From a virus (Duplodnaviria > Heunggongvirae > Uroviricota > Caudoviricetes), in IMG/VR virus record IMGVR_UViG_2563366941_000007, positions 1 through 55,118 of that record: a stretch of DNA of 55,118 bases. One strand, 5' to 3'. Within the stretch, counting starts at the first letter, position 1. The number at the start of each line of letters is the position of its first letter. A model generated the notes under the pieces. The model was not told the origin of the DNA, searched no databases, and saw only the letters and a program-made list of their open reading frames with translations. The position numbers and the translations under genes are program-made. Of this stretch, positions 43,765 through 54,610 are shown piece by piece.

Positions 43765-44016
43765 TTATTCTCCTGAAAAAGCAGAAAAGCCAGCTTTTAT
43801 TCCGATCTCTTTCAATGCCTGTAATGAAGTGACAAACTCACCTTCGCGCAAGATAAATCCGTCCGTGACCCGAGCATCCACAAAATTAATTAACGCAGCC
43901 CCATTCTTTCGCAAACACATAATGCGGTAATGACTAACAAGATTTCCATTTTCAACGCACACAGCATAGAGGCCATCTTCACAAAAAATTTTACGCAGTT
44001 CTTCGATGTTCATCAT
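43765..44016 (-). CDS. Hypothetical protein (83 aa); possibly the Qin rem-equivalent
   Basis: ORF MMNIEELRKIFCEDGLYAVCVENGNLVSHYRIMCLRKNGAALINFVD...; assignment to rem is by size and position only. Confidence 0.4.
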   Translation of the reverse strand: MMNIEELRKIFCEDGLYAVCVENGNLVSHYRIMCLRKNGAALINFVDARVTDGFILREGEFVTSLQALKEIGIKAGFSAFSGE

Positions 44017-44130
44017 CAGAATCCTTCCGGATAATTAGCTCTCCCCTTTAAGGGACCATCCCTCTTATCCCTGCGCGCTACTTAAGTATTTTTGATTCTA
44101 TTCCGGCACCGTCCAGAACTTCAAACGCGT

Positions 44131-44164
44131 TGAAAATAAAAACAAAAACCCGCCGAAGCGGGTT
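44131..44164 (-). terminator. Rho-independent terminator downstream of hokD
   Basis: AACCCGCC-GAA-GCGGGTT hairpin with a long minus-strand T-run. Confidence 0.6.
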
Positions 44165-44232
44165 AAGTGCGGGTGCGTTGAGGATGCCTGCCACATCAGA
44201 GGTGGCGAGGGATTTCTCCCCCGCCGGGTCTC

Positions 44233-44388
44233 TTACTCCTCAGGTTCGTAAGCTGTGAAGACAGCGACCTCCGTCTGGCCGGTTCGGATTCGTACCTCGC
44301 AGAGGTCTTTCCTCGTTACCAGTGCCGTCACTATGACGGTTAAACAGATGACGATCAGGGCGATTAACATCGCCTTTTGCTGCTTCAT
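44233..44388 (-). CDS. hokD: Hok-family toxin HokD (RelF); type I toxin-antitoxin
   Basis: 51-aa MKQQKAMLIALIVICLTVIVTALVTRKDLCEVRIRTGQTEVAVFTAYEPEE (below the ORF-track cutoff; read by hand). Confidence 0.9.
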   Translation of the reverse strand: MKQQKAMLIALIVICLTVIVTALVTRKDLCEVRIRTGQTEVAVFTAYEPEE

Positions 44389-44459
44389 AGCCTGCTTCTC
44401 CTGTCAACGCAAAGCAGAAGTGTCACCTTCGGTGCGAAACAGAGATGTCATGCTTTGGT

Positions 44460-44747
44460 TCAGAGAATGCGTTTGACCGCCTCGCTATATACTTCCGAGC
44501 GTTCTCTTTTCCCAACAGAAATCACGAAAACGACAACTTTCTCGTCTATAACCTGGTATACAAGGCGATAGCCTGAAGACCGGAGCTTAATCTTGTAACA
44601 ATCAGGCATACCACGGAGCTTGTTTGCTTCAATCCGGGGTGACTCAAGTACTTCAACCAGCTTCTTTTTCAACTGTTCACGTACCGTCGAGCCCAGCTTT
44701 CGCCATTCCTTTAGTGCCCGCTCGTCAAAATCCAGAAAATACGCCAT
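44460..44747 (-). CDS. relE: RelE toxin (mRNA interferase)
   Basis: 95-aa MAYFLDFDERALKEWRKLGSTVREQLKKKLVEVLESPRIEANKLRGMPDCYKIKLR... Confidence 0.95.
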   Translation of the reverse strand: MAYFLDFDERALKEWRKLGSTVREQLKKKLVEVLESPRIEANKLRGMPDCYKIKLRSSGYRLVYQVIDEKVVVFVISVGKRERSEVYSEAVKRIL

Positions 44748-44986
44748 CAGAGTTCATCCAGCGTCACACGTACTGGCTTAGGATTACGAAGCCGTTCTTT
44801 CACTATCTCCACAAGTTCAGCATCTTCATCACTCAGGAGTGTCTGTTTGAACGGCAAGCGTTCATTGTCAGCGATATACTCGAGCATGAGACGAAGCGCT
44901 TCAGAAGGAGTTACACCCATTTTTTCAAGCGCGGCGTAAGAACGCGCTTTAAGTTCATCGTCAATACGCAGGTTAATGCTACCCAT
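44747..44986 (-). CDS. relB: RelB antitoxin
   Basis: 79-aa MGSINLRIDDELKARSYAALEKMGVTPSEALRLMLEYIADNERLPFKQ... Confidence 0.95.
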   Translation of the reverse strand: MGSINLRIDDELKARSYAALEKMGVTPSEALRLMLEYIADNERLPFKQTLLSDEDAELVEIVKERLRNPKPVRVTLDEL

Positions 44987-45010
44987 GTCTTACACCTCTT
45001 GTAATTACAA

Positions 45011-45316
45011 ATGTCATTACAAGTATCGCACTACAACATGCTTAGGGCAAGTCACGAAGGAAGTCAGAAAGTAGTCGTAAGAACGGTGATCACTGTCCGC
45101 TTTGTGCCAGGAGCAGCCATTGCTAAGTCCATCCTGTATTGTGCAGGTCAGCTCGTTTTTAAAGAGTCCGGCCATCATCTTACTGGTACAGACACCATAT
45201 ACTTTGTGACGGTCAGGCTACATATGCACAACTCAACTTATTCATCTATTTTTTGCTTTAGCATGTCAGTGTTGCTTTCTCGTCGGCGGGTGAGCGGTGA
45301 CCTGACCTGTCGATAA
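45011..45316 (+). CDS. Hypothetical protein (YdfV-like by position and length)
   Basis: 101-aa ORF between relB and flxA; weak coding appearance. Confidence 0.3.
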   Translation: MSLQVSHYNMLRASHEGSQKVVVRTVITVRFVPGAAIAKSILYCAGQLVFKESGHHLTGTDTIYFVTVRLHMHNSTYSSIFCFSMSVLLSRRRVSGDLTCR

Positions 45317-45518
45317 AGGAACGTAACACGTTTTATGCAACACCCGCATGCGGCAGAAAATTATTGCCGAACGTTTACCCCTGTCAACAAGCTTTACTTT
45401 CTGAGGCGCGCCAGCCCGCGAGGAAAACAATCTGAACATCAAACAATTAATGACACAAGAAATACGATTAAAGATTTTTTTGTGCATGCCGATAGTGCTT
45501 TTTTAAAAGGAGAAATCT

Positions 45519-45851
45519 ATGTCTGTCACAATTCAGGGAAATACCTCAACCGTTATTTCAAACAACTCCGCCCCGGAAGGAACATCAGAAATAGCCAAAA
45601 TCACAAGACAAATTCAGGTGCTGACTGAAAAGCTTGGGAAAATCTCATCGGAAGAGGGGATGACGACACAGCAGAAAAAAGAAATGGCTGCATTGGTACA
45701 GAAGCAAATTGAAAGCCTCTGGGCTCAACTGGAGCAGTTGTTAAGGCAGCAGGCAGAGAAAAAGAATGAAGACGCGACAGTTCAGCCTGATAAAAAAGAA
45801 GAGAAAAAAGACGATACAAATACCGCTGGCACCATTGATATTTACGTCTAA
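45519..45851 (+). CDS. flxA: FlxA (FliA-regulated protein)
   Basis: 110-aa MSVTIQGNTSTVISNNSAPEGTSEIAKITRQIQVLTEKLGKISSEEGMTTQQKKEMAALVQKQIESLWAQLEQL... Confidence 0.85.
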   Translation: MSVTIQGNTSTVISNNSAPEGTSEIAKITRQIQVLTEKLGKISSEEGMTTQQKKEMAALVQKQIESLWAQLEQLLRQQAEKKNEDATVQPDKKEEKKDDTNTAGTIDIYV

Positions 45852-46287
45852 GTGACAGCCGTATTGTGGCCCTCATCGGGCCACTTTTCGCCATCAGCCT
45901 TTTCTTTAAAGACATATTATCTTTGTATCATTTCTGATAGTTAACATTACAAGATATAAGTAATGGACGCACTCCCAATTAGTCTATTTAAATCGCCACG
46001 AGTTTAACTGACAACCCATGATCAATTATGAATTGCAACTATTTCTGTAGTCACTTTTGTGGGGACAGTCCACAAAACTGCCAACTTCCGCTTCTTGCTC
46101 TTAGCGGACATTAGCATAGGCTATTTACCATAACGCCTCATTACGCGCACCGCCCAGACTGACTCAGCGCGTTTCTGGCATATCCCCGGTAAAACAAGTA
46201 ACAAACCACCCGAAAATGAACACCAGAAACGCGACTTAAGAATCTACCCTATGAATGGATATGCACTCAACCGAATCGATCTTGGTT

Positions 46288-47601
46288 TCAATCTTTTTTA
46301 TCGGGATCAGGCTTCTTTTTAGGTAACTTCGGGGGCTTAACTTGCTGATGACTTTGCGTTCGGCGCGTAAGCCAGGGATGGTCAGCTTTAGGTTTAACAT
46401 AGTATTTTGAGCGTAAATCAATACGGGCATTATCCACTCGTTCATGGACACTCTTTTCATCATCCAGTGGTATAGGCTCCGGGCCATCAACATACTTTTC
46501 CCAGCCCAGCGCTTTCCCGTCATACAGAACGTTAATTTCACCGTCAAAGTTCTCGCATACAGTAACAACCGAATGCCTAAGTCGATATCCCCGGCCCTCA
46601 CTGCGTACCTGAAACGCACTGCTTTTGTACTGGAAAGTGAGATTTTTAGACAGAACGCGCTTCGCCTGTAGGCTGAAGATATAACCCAGTTCCTCTTCAG
46701 AATGGTGCACATCAAGATGAGCATTATCAGTAGTACGAGGCGACGTAGCGAACCGGTTGTTATAGGCTTCAATAAAGGTCGGCAACCATGCATTTGCTGT
46801 TTCAATATCACTGATATTCTGAAGCCGCATTTCTTTGACCAGCCTGTCCTGTAGTGTCTGATTGGCGCGCTCTACCCGCCCTTTTGCCTGCGGGCTGTTG
46901 GCATGGATTGGCTCGATGCCCAGTGTCTTTATCGCACGAGTGAACTGGGTCAGCTCACCTTCCCGCTCTGGGTTATTTACCCTGAATATACTGTGTCTAT
47001 CAGAGTAGAGAGCGAGCGGTACGCCATGATCATTAAGGTAACCCCGGAGGGTTTCCATGTAAGCCCGGGTTGTTTCAGCAGGCACAAAACGCAACGCCAT
47101 CAACGCACTGGTGGCATCATCAATGAAAACGATCAGTGTACATCTGGGGCCTCGATTTTCAAACCAGTCATGAGGTGAGCCATCAATCTGGATCAGTTCA
47201 CCGTAAGATGGTCATCGCATGCGGCGTTGATATATACGGGCAATTTTACGACGGCGTTCACGCCATAACCCCTCTTCTATCATCCACTTTCTGAGAGTTT
47301 CAACGGATAAAGATAAACCGTGTATCTCGCGCAATTTTTCGCACGCAAACGTAGGTCCAAAATCAGCGTAACGGCCTTTGAGGAGTGAAATTACTGTTGC
47401 TCTGAATTCAGTAGAAAAGGAATTATTAGGACGCTTTCCACGTCGGTGGGAAACCAGACCAGAAGGCCCTTCATTTCTATACCGTTGCACCAGACGTTTA
47501 ACCTGCCGAATAGAAATGCCAATGCGTGCCGCAGCTTGTTCCTGAATAATCTGAAGTCGGTGGAGTTCCTTATGACTCATCGTAACAGTCTCTTTGATCA
47601 T
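46288..47601 (-). pseudogene. DDE transposase (N-terminal HTH + integrase-core domain) interrupted by an in-frame TGA
   Basis: ORFs 47212..47601 (HTH part) and 46288..47103 (core with ...GELIQIDGSPHDWFE...FIDDATS...) are in one frame separated by TGA at 47212..47214; IS family not resolved by eye. Confidence 0.6.
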
Positions 47602-49177
47602 GAAAAATCCCCCAGAGAATTGTCTGGGGACATTTTAGAATGGTTCAAAGGGGACATTACAGCTTGGTGTTAACAATAGCCTGCTTCTCCGTGCCTTTCG
47701 GCACGTAAGAGGCTAACCTACATGTGTCTAGCATGAAATTGGCCTCAGATTAATGTTAAGCGTCTTGCAGGACGCGTAATGTTAACTGGGGCTTTTCTCT
47801 ATCTGCCGTTGGTGTCCATGCCCGAGGCAGATAGCCTCAAGCACCCGCAGTCATTCTACTTAACTAAGATTTCCCCGCAAACCGTTTTTGTCCAGCACAG
47901 TAAATATCCAACTAAACCAATGGAGTTCGCTGTATTTACCGCCAGTATTCAATGCACATGACCGCCATGAACACCCCTAAAAAAAGGGCATTTATATATC
48001 CAAATATTAATATCAAAACATCAACTTTTTCCATATACCTTGCTGTGAAGATGATGGGCATACATGATGCGAACAACCAGAACGCAACAAACAAAAACTG
48101 CAATGCGTTTTTCATTATTCCTCCTACAATCAATGTGCAATTACATTTAAACACACCTCAATTTGGCCGGACATATAAATATCTAAACCAGAAAAAATCA
48201 CTTACATAGCGTTACAAACTCTTTAGTCTAAAGGTTCATCGTAAAACATTCCCCATACTTATCAGTCCGTTCCGCGCCAGGTAGCTCATTGCCTTATCTG
48301 GCAACCTGTAATCAGGTTTCCGCTTTTTCAGTTGGCTGGTCGTTTAACCGACATAGTTAATCCATTAATCTAGTTGCCGGATGTTGGTGGATTTTCGCGT
48401 TTTAGTTGTTCATAAAAGTGCACAGCTTTAACCAGTTCTTCTGATGTAACTGGGACTGGTGAGGCAGTGAATAAGGCCTGAATTTGATAGTTCGGCCTGT
48501 CGTTACAATCCTCTTTTTTCGGTACATATTTCCAGTCACCAGACCACTACTTCCCCTGAAAGTCCGTAACGCCTTTTTTCACGTAGCGATATCGCCATGC
48601 CACTGGTTTTACTTGCCCCGCCGTTTCATGCCCTTCCTGATAATTAATCTCGCTCATTCATCGCCCCACTCATCACAATATGCTTCGACCGGAGTTTTTC
48701 CCGCTTCATAGTCATCACGCTAGGATTCGACATCAGCAGCACTTCCACCGCGTAACTCACCATAGTCCATTAATAGTTCATCCCGCTCTTCAAAACTGAT
48801 GTTATATTTAGCTGAACAAAAATCAGCCACTTTGTTCTTCCTCATCGTCTTTTATTTCGTGGTATGAGTAATTGCAGTAGTTAAAGAAAATTTCTTATGC
48901 TCCGTCATGAATTTCCTCAGGTGTTGCGTCATCGTCCACTTCGAATACATCCTCAAAATCTCCACCAGCTATTCCCGTTTCAATAATAATTTTGAACTTT
49001 CGCATTTCACTACCGCCCTTTCGGGCGGCCTCCTGATGTTCTGAGGGTGCGGAAATCCATCCGGTTAAGGATTAAATTTTATTTACAGAACTGAATTTAA
49101 TTATTCAGATATACGTATCTGTAGCCTTACGAATCTACTCACTGGATGCCTCTTTCATAAAAATAATCCAGTGGGTT

Positions 49178-49624
49178 TTATCGTTTTTTCCCTGTTCGTT
49201 GACAGATAACAGGTTTTCTGTCTGTCAGTGCCAGAATCTGGCTTACCGGTATTTGCGTTTCATTCCATTAAAAAATCAGAACGCCGTGCGGCCTCAACAC
49301 CCGAAAGGCTTCTTTAAATCTCTGTCGCGAATCATCACGCCAGGCATCTTTATTCAGCCGTCCATATTTCTTTCCCATCCAGGCGTTATCACCAACACTC
49401 TCAAGATGCGGAGGGTCTAATACAACCATCGAAAAAGATGCGTCTGCAAATGATAATGCACGAAAATCTGCGATAATGTCAGGGCTGATAATCAAGCGTC
49501 TCCCATTGCGTAATGTGTATCCTTCTTTTCTGATATCGCTGAATATCGCCCGTTCGTCAGACTTATCGAACCAGAACATGCGGCTGCCACAGCACATATC
49601 AAGAATGGTTGCCGGTGCACTCAC
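49178..49624 (-). pseudogene. SAM-dependent DNA methyltransferase (DPPH motif) interrupted by an in-frame TAA
   Basis: MSAPATILDMCCGSRMFWFD...VVLDPPHLE...; the frame continues after TAA at 49268..49270 for 29 more codons. Confidence 0.5.
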
Positions 49625-50043
49625 TGCGCCACGTCCTGAAAATTACCCTGATAGAAAGCCAGTATGCGCTGCATAACTTCGCTCTTCCGGCACTCGCGAC
49701 AGATTATGTTTAGGCGACTGTCGTAGCGACGTATTTCTCCGTCAGGTGATGACCAGATAAGGTCCGGATCAACCACAGCAGGTTTCTTCACCTTTGCCCT
49801 CGAGAGTTTTTTGCGGGCGTTTTGCCAGTCCTTACGCGCCTGTTCAGAGGGGAATAACCCGTAGCCGGAGTTGTATACATCGCCACTGGCTACCAGCTCT
49901 CTGGCAAGAACGCTCATCAGATATCTAGTCGCACCTGTTTTAGCTTCCAGTTGCCGTAACGTCTCACGGCCGCTCTGGCGCACGAGTTCCACCACCTGCC
50001 ATTTAATTTTTTCCCGCTCTTCTTGTGTAAAAACTTTTGCCAC
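49621..50043 (-). CDS. Hypothetical phage protein (140 aa)
   Basis: ORF MAKVFTQEEREKIKWQVVELVRQSGRETLRQLEAKTGATRYLMSVLAREL... (possible winged-HTH-like N-terminus). Confidence 0.45.
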   Translation of the reverse strand: MAKVFTQEEREKIKWQVVELVRQSGRETLRQLEAKTGATRYLMSVLARELVASGDVYNSGYGLFPSEQARKDWQNARKKLSRAKVKKPAVVDPDLIWSSPDGEIRRYDSRLNIICRECRKSEVMQRILAFYQGNFQDVAQ

Positions 50044-50083
50044 AAGTCCCCCTTAAAATTACCTCATGACCTGAAATCAACAC

Positions 50084-50572
50084 TTATCCTCTGAAACCAG
50101 GCGGAATTTCTGTATCCGGTTCAGAAATATGATTAACACAACGCTGTACAGGTGAACGTCCCAGGCGGATGACCAGTTCGTCCCATTTTTCGCGGAGCTT
50201 TGACGGGCTCATGATGTTTTTTACCCAGAATGGATCTCGCTGAACCCGACCAAACATTTCGCAAATTTGTCTGTGGCTTCTGCCATCCAGCATCCGCATT
50301 GTGCGCACGTCATTGGCCCAGGCAGTCCAGTTAGGCTCTTTTGGTCGCATGATCTCGCCATCATCACTGGCTGCCTGTTCGTAGAGACCCACGATCCGCC
50401 CCCAGATCCACTGCGCACACGCCAAATCCTCCCTGCTACCCCACTGGCGTTTTTTCGCACTAAACACAACCGCGTCGGAGTTCCGGGTTAAAAAATCCTG
50501 TTCAGTCGTCTGCGGGTCCGGTTGCGAAGCTTCCGGACGAAAAGTGTTTTTATTCTCTGTAGTAATCTCTGT
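50084..50572 (-). pseudogene. Replication-initiator (O-like / replisome organizer) gene, C-terminal fragment distal to IS629
   Basis: The reading frame is open from the IS junction (TEITTENKNTFRPEAS...) into the ORF 50084..50467. Confidence 0.5.
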
Positions 50573-50614
50573 TGAACCGCCCCGGGTTTCCTGGAGAGTG
50601 TTTTATCTGTGAAC

Positions 50615-51505
50615 TCAGGCTGCCAGATCATCGTTTCCGATGGAAGCATAATAAGCTTTTTCTGCTTCTGCCGGAGGAGTATGGCCCAGCCTTTCCAGCA
50701 ATCGTCGATTGTTATACCAGTCCACCCACGTGAGTGTGGCCAGTTCCACTTCTGCACGGTTTTTCCAGCTCTTACGGTGTATTACCTCCGCTTTGTAAAG
50801 ACCATTGATGCTCTCCGCCATCGCGTTGTCATACGAGTCGCCTGTACTTCCTGTTGATGCCAGTAATCCGGCTTCCTTAAGCCGCTGTGTGTAGGCCAGC
50901 GATACATACTGAGAACCTTTATCACTGTGATGGACCGTGCCGGACGGTCGACGGGCCCATAACGCCTGCTCCAGTGCATCCAGCACGAATGTCGTTTCCA
51001 TGGACGATGAGACCCGCCACCCCACGATGTATCCGGCAAACACATCAATGATGAACGCCACATAGACGAAGCCCCGCCATGTGCTGACGTAAGTAAAATC
51101 AGCCACCCACAGCTGGTCAGGTCGTTCTGCCACGAACTGACGGTTTACGCGGTCGCCTGCGGCAACGGCTTTCCGGCTGATGGTCGTACGGACCTTTTTA
51201 CCCCGGAGAACACCGGCAAGTCCCATAACCGCCATGAGACGTGCCACAGTGCATCTGGCCACTCTGATACCTTCCCGTAACAACTGACGCCAGACTTTAC
51301 GCACACCGTATACCTTGTGATTTTCATCGTATACGCGCTGTATCTCTTTCTTCAGCCAGTCATCGCGCTGCGCACGGGCACTGCGTTTATCCGGATGATG
51401 TCGCTGTTGCTGACAGTGGTAATACGTTGACGGGGCAATATGCAGTTCGCTGCATAGCGGTCCGACCCCGTACTGCTCACGCAGCTTATCCAGCAGTGGC
51501 ATCAT
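50615..51505 (-). CDS. IS3-family transposase OrfB (expressed as OrfAB via -1 frameshift)
   Basis: DDE integrase-core sequence ...[34 protein letters not shown]...HHSDKGSQY... Confidence 0.85.
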   Translation of the reverse strand: MMPLLDKLREQYGVGPLCSELHIAPSTYYHCQQQRHHPDKRSARAQRDDWLKKEIQRVYDENHKVYGVRKVWRQLLREGIRVARCTVARLMAVMGLAGVLRGKKVRTTISRKAVAAGDRVNRQFVAERPDQLWVADFTYVSTWRGFVYVAFIIDVFAGYIVGWRVSSSMETTFVLDALEQALWARRPSGTVHHSDKGSQYVSLAYTQRLKEAGLLASTGSTGDSYDNAMAESINGLYKAEVIHRKSWKNRAEVELATLTWVDWYNNRRLLERLGHTPPAEAEKAYYASIGNDDLAA

Positions 51506-51828
51506 TTTTTCCAGAGGCGGTCGAACTCCGCCTTCGCAAAATAAGCGGAAGCCTGGCGAAGGATATCGTTACTGCGGCGCAGTTCACGATTTTCACGTTC
51601 CAGCTCTTTCAGACGCTGACGTTCAGCGGTGGTGAGTCCTCCATCACCGCCCCCGGTATCCCGCTCATGCTGGCGAACCCAGACACGCAGAGTCTCCGGC
51701 GTACAGCCAATCTTTGGAGCAATGGAACAAATTGTCGCCCATTGTGAGTCATATTCGCTCTGACTTTCCAGAACCATACGGACTGCCCGTTGACGGACTT
51801 CGGGGGAAAAACGAGTATTTTTAGTCAT
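51502..51828 (-). CDS. IS3-family transposase OrfA
   Basis: 108-aa [55 protein letters not shown]... with leucine-zipper-like C-terminus. Confidence 0.85.
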   Translation of the reverse strand: MTKNTRFSPEVRQRAVRMVLESQSEYDSQWATICSIAPKIGCTPETLRVWVRQHERDTGGGDGGLTTAERQRLKELERENRELRRSNDILRQASAYFAKAEFDRLWKK

Positions 51829-51882
51829 CCTGTTTACCTCTTTCTCAGGAAGTTTAGTCTCCAGGATTCCCGGGGCGGTTCA

Positions 51883-52417
51883 CAGTTGTATTCTCTGTAA
51901 GATCATCAGGCCATTTTGACCCGATGACATTGGGTCGTTTTGAACCAATGGAGCGTTTCATTTTGACCTCTTCCATCGTGTCATTTTGACCTGATGGAGC
52001 GGCGCATTTTGAACCGATGGATTCGCTCAATTTGCCACCATCTAAAAGCTCGCTCCCATAGTTGATCGTGTAGAAATTGGTCATATCGCGCTTTGATTTA
52101 TTGAGCTTTTCACAACGCAAAAGCCCCAGCGTTTTCAGACTTGCAAACGCGCGCTTTAACGTTGACTCTGACCAGAATGGGAACTGTTCCAGCCATTGTT
52201 CCGTTGTGTTATAAATCCAGCGAACACCATCACATTCCATGCCGGAGTTGGTATCTCTCAACCAGTAGTGCAGTTGTTGCAAAACAATGGCTTCGTTTAA
52301 GCCAATTTTCATTGCCAGTTGCGTGTTTATAACCAGTGGGCGTTCAGCAAAAAGAAGGCTCATAATTCCATCCAGCTTTTTGTTGGTATTGCTGTCGATA
52401 CGCAAGTTTGAAAGCAA
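51883..52417 (-). pseudogene. Replication-initiator (O-like / replisome organizer) gene, N-terminal fragment with intragenic iterons, truncated by IS629
   Basis: N-terminal DnaD/replisome-organizer-like sequence (...LVINTQLAMKIGLNEAIVLQQLHYWL...GVRWIYNTTEQWLEQFPFWSESTLKRAF...); the last 9 codons of the ORF come from the IS end. Confidence 0.55.
51911..52010. repeat. Five to six iterons CATTTTGA(C/A)C-YGATGGA inside the O-like gene (prophage ori-like)
   Basis: Repeats read directly; encode the repeated peptide motif IGSK; analogous to the lambda ori lying within O. Confidence 0.6.
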
Positions 52418-52865
52418 TTGCTTTTTCTATAAGTTCGTCAGTTTCACGATCCACTACGGCAGGATCAGCAAAAAGCAGTCCGGACTCCACCACATCGCCA
52501 TATTCTTTGTTTAACCCGGCGATCATGCACGTGATGCTTTTTCCGTCAGTAATTTCACGATACAACCTGAAATCATTAATCCGGATAGCCTCCATAATTG
52601 CAGGCACTAGCGCCGTGAACTTTTCACGCTTATCCCTGGTGTCGATAGCCTTCCAGCGTTCAAATATCTTCACTCGATTAACGCCAAGCGCTCGCTGATC
52701 AATCGCGCCACCTTCATATGTGACACGCTGAACATCGATGTTCGGGCGCTCTTTCAAAGCCCAGAATGCTTCAGTGATTAATATCGTCGCCTGCTCCTGT
52801 GTCATTCCTGGTCGACATATCCAGGCATCCAGAGCCTCACGAGCCTGTTCAGGAGTGATTTTCAT
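52344..52865 (-). CDS. Hypothetical early-region protein (173 aa) downstream of the cro-like gene (YdaT/CII-position)
   Basis: ORF MKITPEQAREALDAWICRPGMTQEQATILITEAFWALKERPNIDVQRV...; family not confidently recognised. Confidence 0.45.
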   Translation of the reverse strand: MKITPEQAREALDAWICRPGMTQEQATILITEAFWALKERPNIDVQRVTYEGGAIDQRALGVNRVKIFERWKAIDTRDKREKFTALVPAIMEAIRINDFRLYREITDGKSITCMIAGLNKEYGDVVESGLLFADPAVVDRETDELIEKAIAFKLAYRQQYQQKAGWNYEPSFC

Positions 52866-53079
52866 TGTTCAACCGCCCCGCCCGCTTCGTCTTACGATAT
52901 TCATCATAAACTTTGGGATCATACTGAAGCTCCCCGCCAGATGCCTCCTGTAGACGCATCGCGCGACCTTCGGGAACTAAATCCCCTTTCCAGCTATAAA
53001 GCGAAGCCAAACGAATACCTGCTGCTTGTGCAAGTTTTGTTTTTGAACCGAAATACAAAAGAGCGTCAGTTTTAAGCAT
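52849..53079 (-). CDS. dicC: Cro-like HTH repressor DicC
   Basis: 76-aa MLKTDALLYFGSKTKLAQAAGIRLASLYSWKGDLVPEGRAMRLQEASGGELQYDP... Confidence 0.9.
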   Translation of the reverse strand: MLKTDALLYFGSKTKLAQAAGIRLASLYSWKGDLVPEGRAMRLQEASGGELQYDPKVYDEYRKTKRAGRLNNENHS

Positions 53080-53162
53080 TTAAAACACCTTTATTGTTAG
53101 TCATAACTAACAAGATAGATGTTAACAAAAACATAGTCAATACGATTTAGCATTAGCTAACT

Positions 53163-53570
53163 ATGGAAACAAAAAATTTAACTATCGGCGAACGCATCAG
53201 GTATCGTCGGAAAAACCTCAAACACACCCAAAGGTCTCTTGCTAAAGCCCTGAAAATCTCCCATGTGTCTGTATCACAATGGGAACGGGGTGATAGTGAA
53301 CCTACAGGGAAGAACCTTTTTGCCCTCAGCAAAGTATTGCAATGCTCACCAACATGGATTCTATTTGGCGATGAAGACAAGCAACCAACACCACCTGTTG
53401 AGAAGCCAGTTGCCTTATCCCCCAAAGAACTAGAGCTCCTTGAGCTGTTTAATGCACTGCCAGAATCAGAACAGGATACCCAGCTCGCCGAAATGCGAGC
53501 TCGAGTAAAAAACTTCAATAAACTCTTTGAAGAATTACTAAAAGCCCGTCAGCGGACAAATAAAAGATAA
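53163..53570 (+). CDS. dicA: CI-like HTH repressor DicA
   Basis: 135-aa METKNLTIGERIRYRRKNLKHTQRSLAKALKISHVSVSQWERGDSEPTGKNLFALSKVLQ... Confidence 0.95.
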   Translation: METKNLTIGERIRYRRKNLKHTQRSLAKALKISHVSVSQWERGDSEPTGKNLFALSKVLQCSPTWILFGDEDKQPTPPVEKPVALSPKELELLELFNALPESEQDTQLAEMRARVKNFNKLFEELLKARQRTNKR

Positions 53571-53736
53571 CATCATCAATGAGTTATCTTTTACTACATC
53601 AATCATGTTAGCTATAGCATACAAAATTACTTGACCGATATGTTAGTCATGGCTAATCTTGTTTGCATCAACACACCGCACGGTGTTCTCAGCAAACAGT
53701 TCCGCTACCCCAGCGTTAAGGGGAAATGAGGTCAGC

Positions 53737-53892
53737 ATGGATACTATCGATCTTGGCAACAACGAATCTCTGGTGTACGGCGTGTTTCCAAACCAGGACG
53801 GCACGTTCACCGCAATGACGTATACCAAAAGCAAAACGTTTAAAACCGAAAATGGTGCCCGTCGCTGGCTGGAAAGAAACTCAGGTGAGTGA
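53737..53892 (+). CDS. ydfA: YdfA
   Basis: 51-aa MDTIDLGNNESLVYGVFPNQDGTFTAMTYTKSKTFKTENGARRWLERNSGE. Confidence 0.85.
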   Translation: MDTIDLGNNESLVYGVFPNQDGTFTAMTYTKSKTFKTENGARRWLERNSGE

Positions 53893-53893
53893 T

Positions 53894-54022
53894 ATGGATT
53901 TCGACACAATCATGGAAAAGGCTTACGAAGAATACTTCGAAGGCCTTGCCGAAGGCGAAGAAGCTCTCAGCTTCAGTGAATTTAAACAGGCGCTTTCCAG
54001 TTCGGGAAAATCTAACGGCTGA
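53894..54022 (+). CDS. ydfB: YdfB
   Basis: 42-aa MDFDTIMEKAYEEYFEGLAEGEEALSFSEFKQALSSSGKSNG (read by hand). Confidence 0.8.
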   Translation: MDFDTIMEKAYEEYFEGLAEGEEALSFSEFKQALSSSGKSNG

Positions 54023-54051
54023 TAAGCGAAACAGCACCGCGAGGAATCAGT

Positions 54052-54270
54052 ATGCAGAAACGAGAACCCGTCATCATCGCGCCAGACTATACCGATGATG
54101 AACTTTATGAGTGGATGCGCCAGAAAATTAATGCAGCGCAGGATCTGAAATGGGCTAATGAAGCCAGGGCTAAGCAGGCTGAAAATCTGTCCGCTCTGGA
54201 GCAGGATATCACCAATCTGGAAAAAGCAGCGGCATTAAGCATTGCCAGAATGATTACATACCCGCGTTAG
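54052..54270 (+). CDS. ydfC: YdfC
   Basis: 72-aa MQKREPVIIAPDYTDDELYEWMRQKINAAQDLKWANEARAKQAENLSALEQD... Confidence 0.85.
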   Translation: MQKREPVIIAPDYTDDELYEWMRQKINAAQDLKWANEARAKQAENLSALEQDITNLEKAAALSIARMITYPR

Positions 54271-54610
54271 TAGCTAATCAACAAAGCTAAGGTTAGTAAT
54301 TAAGGAGTTCTCCACGGGTGAGGTGGAGTGCGTGCGCCGGACACGGGTGCGCATCCGGAACTGACAGTTTACTGAAAGGATATTTCCCTGAAAAGTCAGA
54401 CCATAACGCGAAAGCGCACGGCGAGGTAGCTGGTTCATAGATAGCCTGTCGTTAAATTTTCGTCGACCGTGCGCTTCCGGTTGTGGCAACCCGCGAAATG
54501 GCGCGGCGGTAAGTATGGCGGGGTTATTCCTTCCCCGTTGAGGACACCGGGTTGTCAGGTTGACCATACGCTTAAGTGACAACCCCGCTGCAACGCCCTC
54601 TGTTATCAAT

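Larger units (their letters stand above)
50573..51882. mobile_element. IS3-family insertion sequence (IS629-like, ~1310 bp)
   Basis: Imperfect terminal inverted repeats TGAACCGCCCCGGG(A/T)TCCTGGAGA at both ends; orfA/orfB pair with the IS3-family overlap. Confidence 0.8.

Noticed and set aside
46236-46811. 191-aa minus-strand ORF overlapping the transposase core in another frame
   Set aside because: Nested within the better-supported DDE transposase frame; no independent features.
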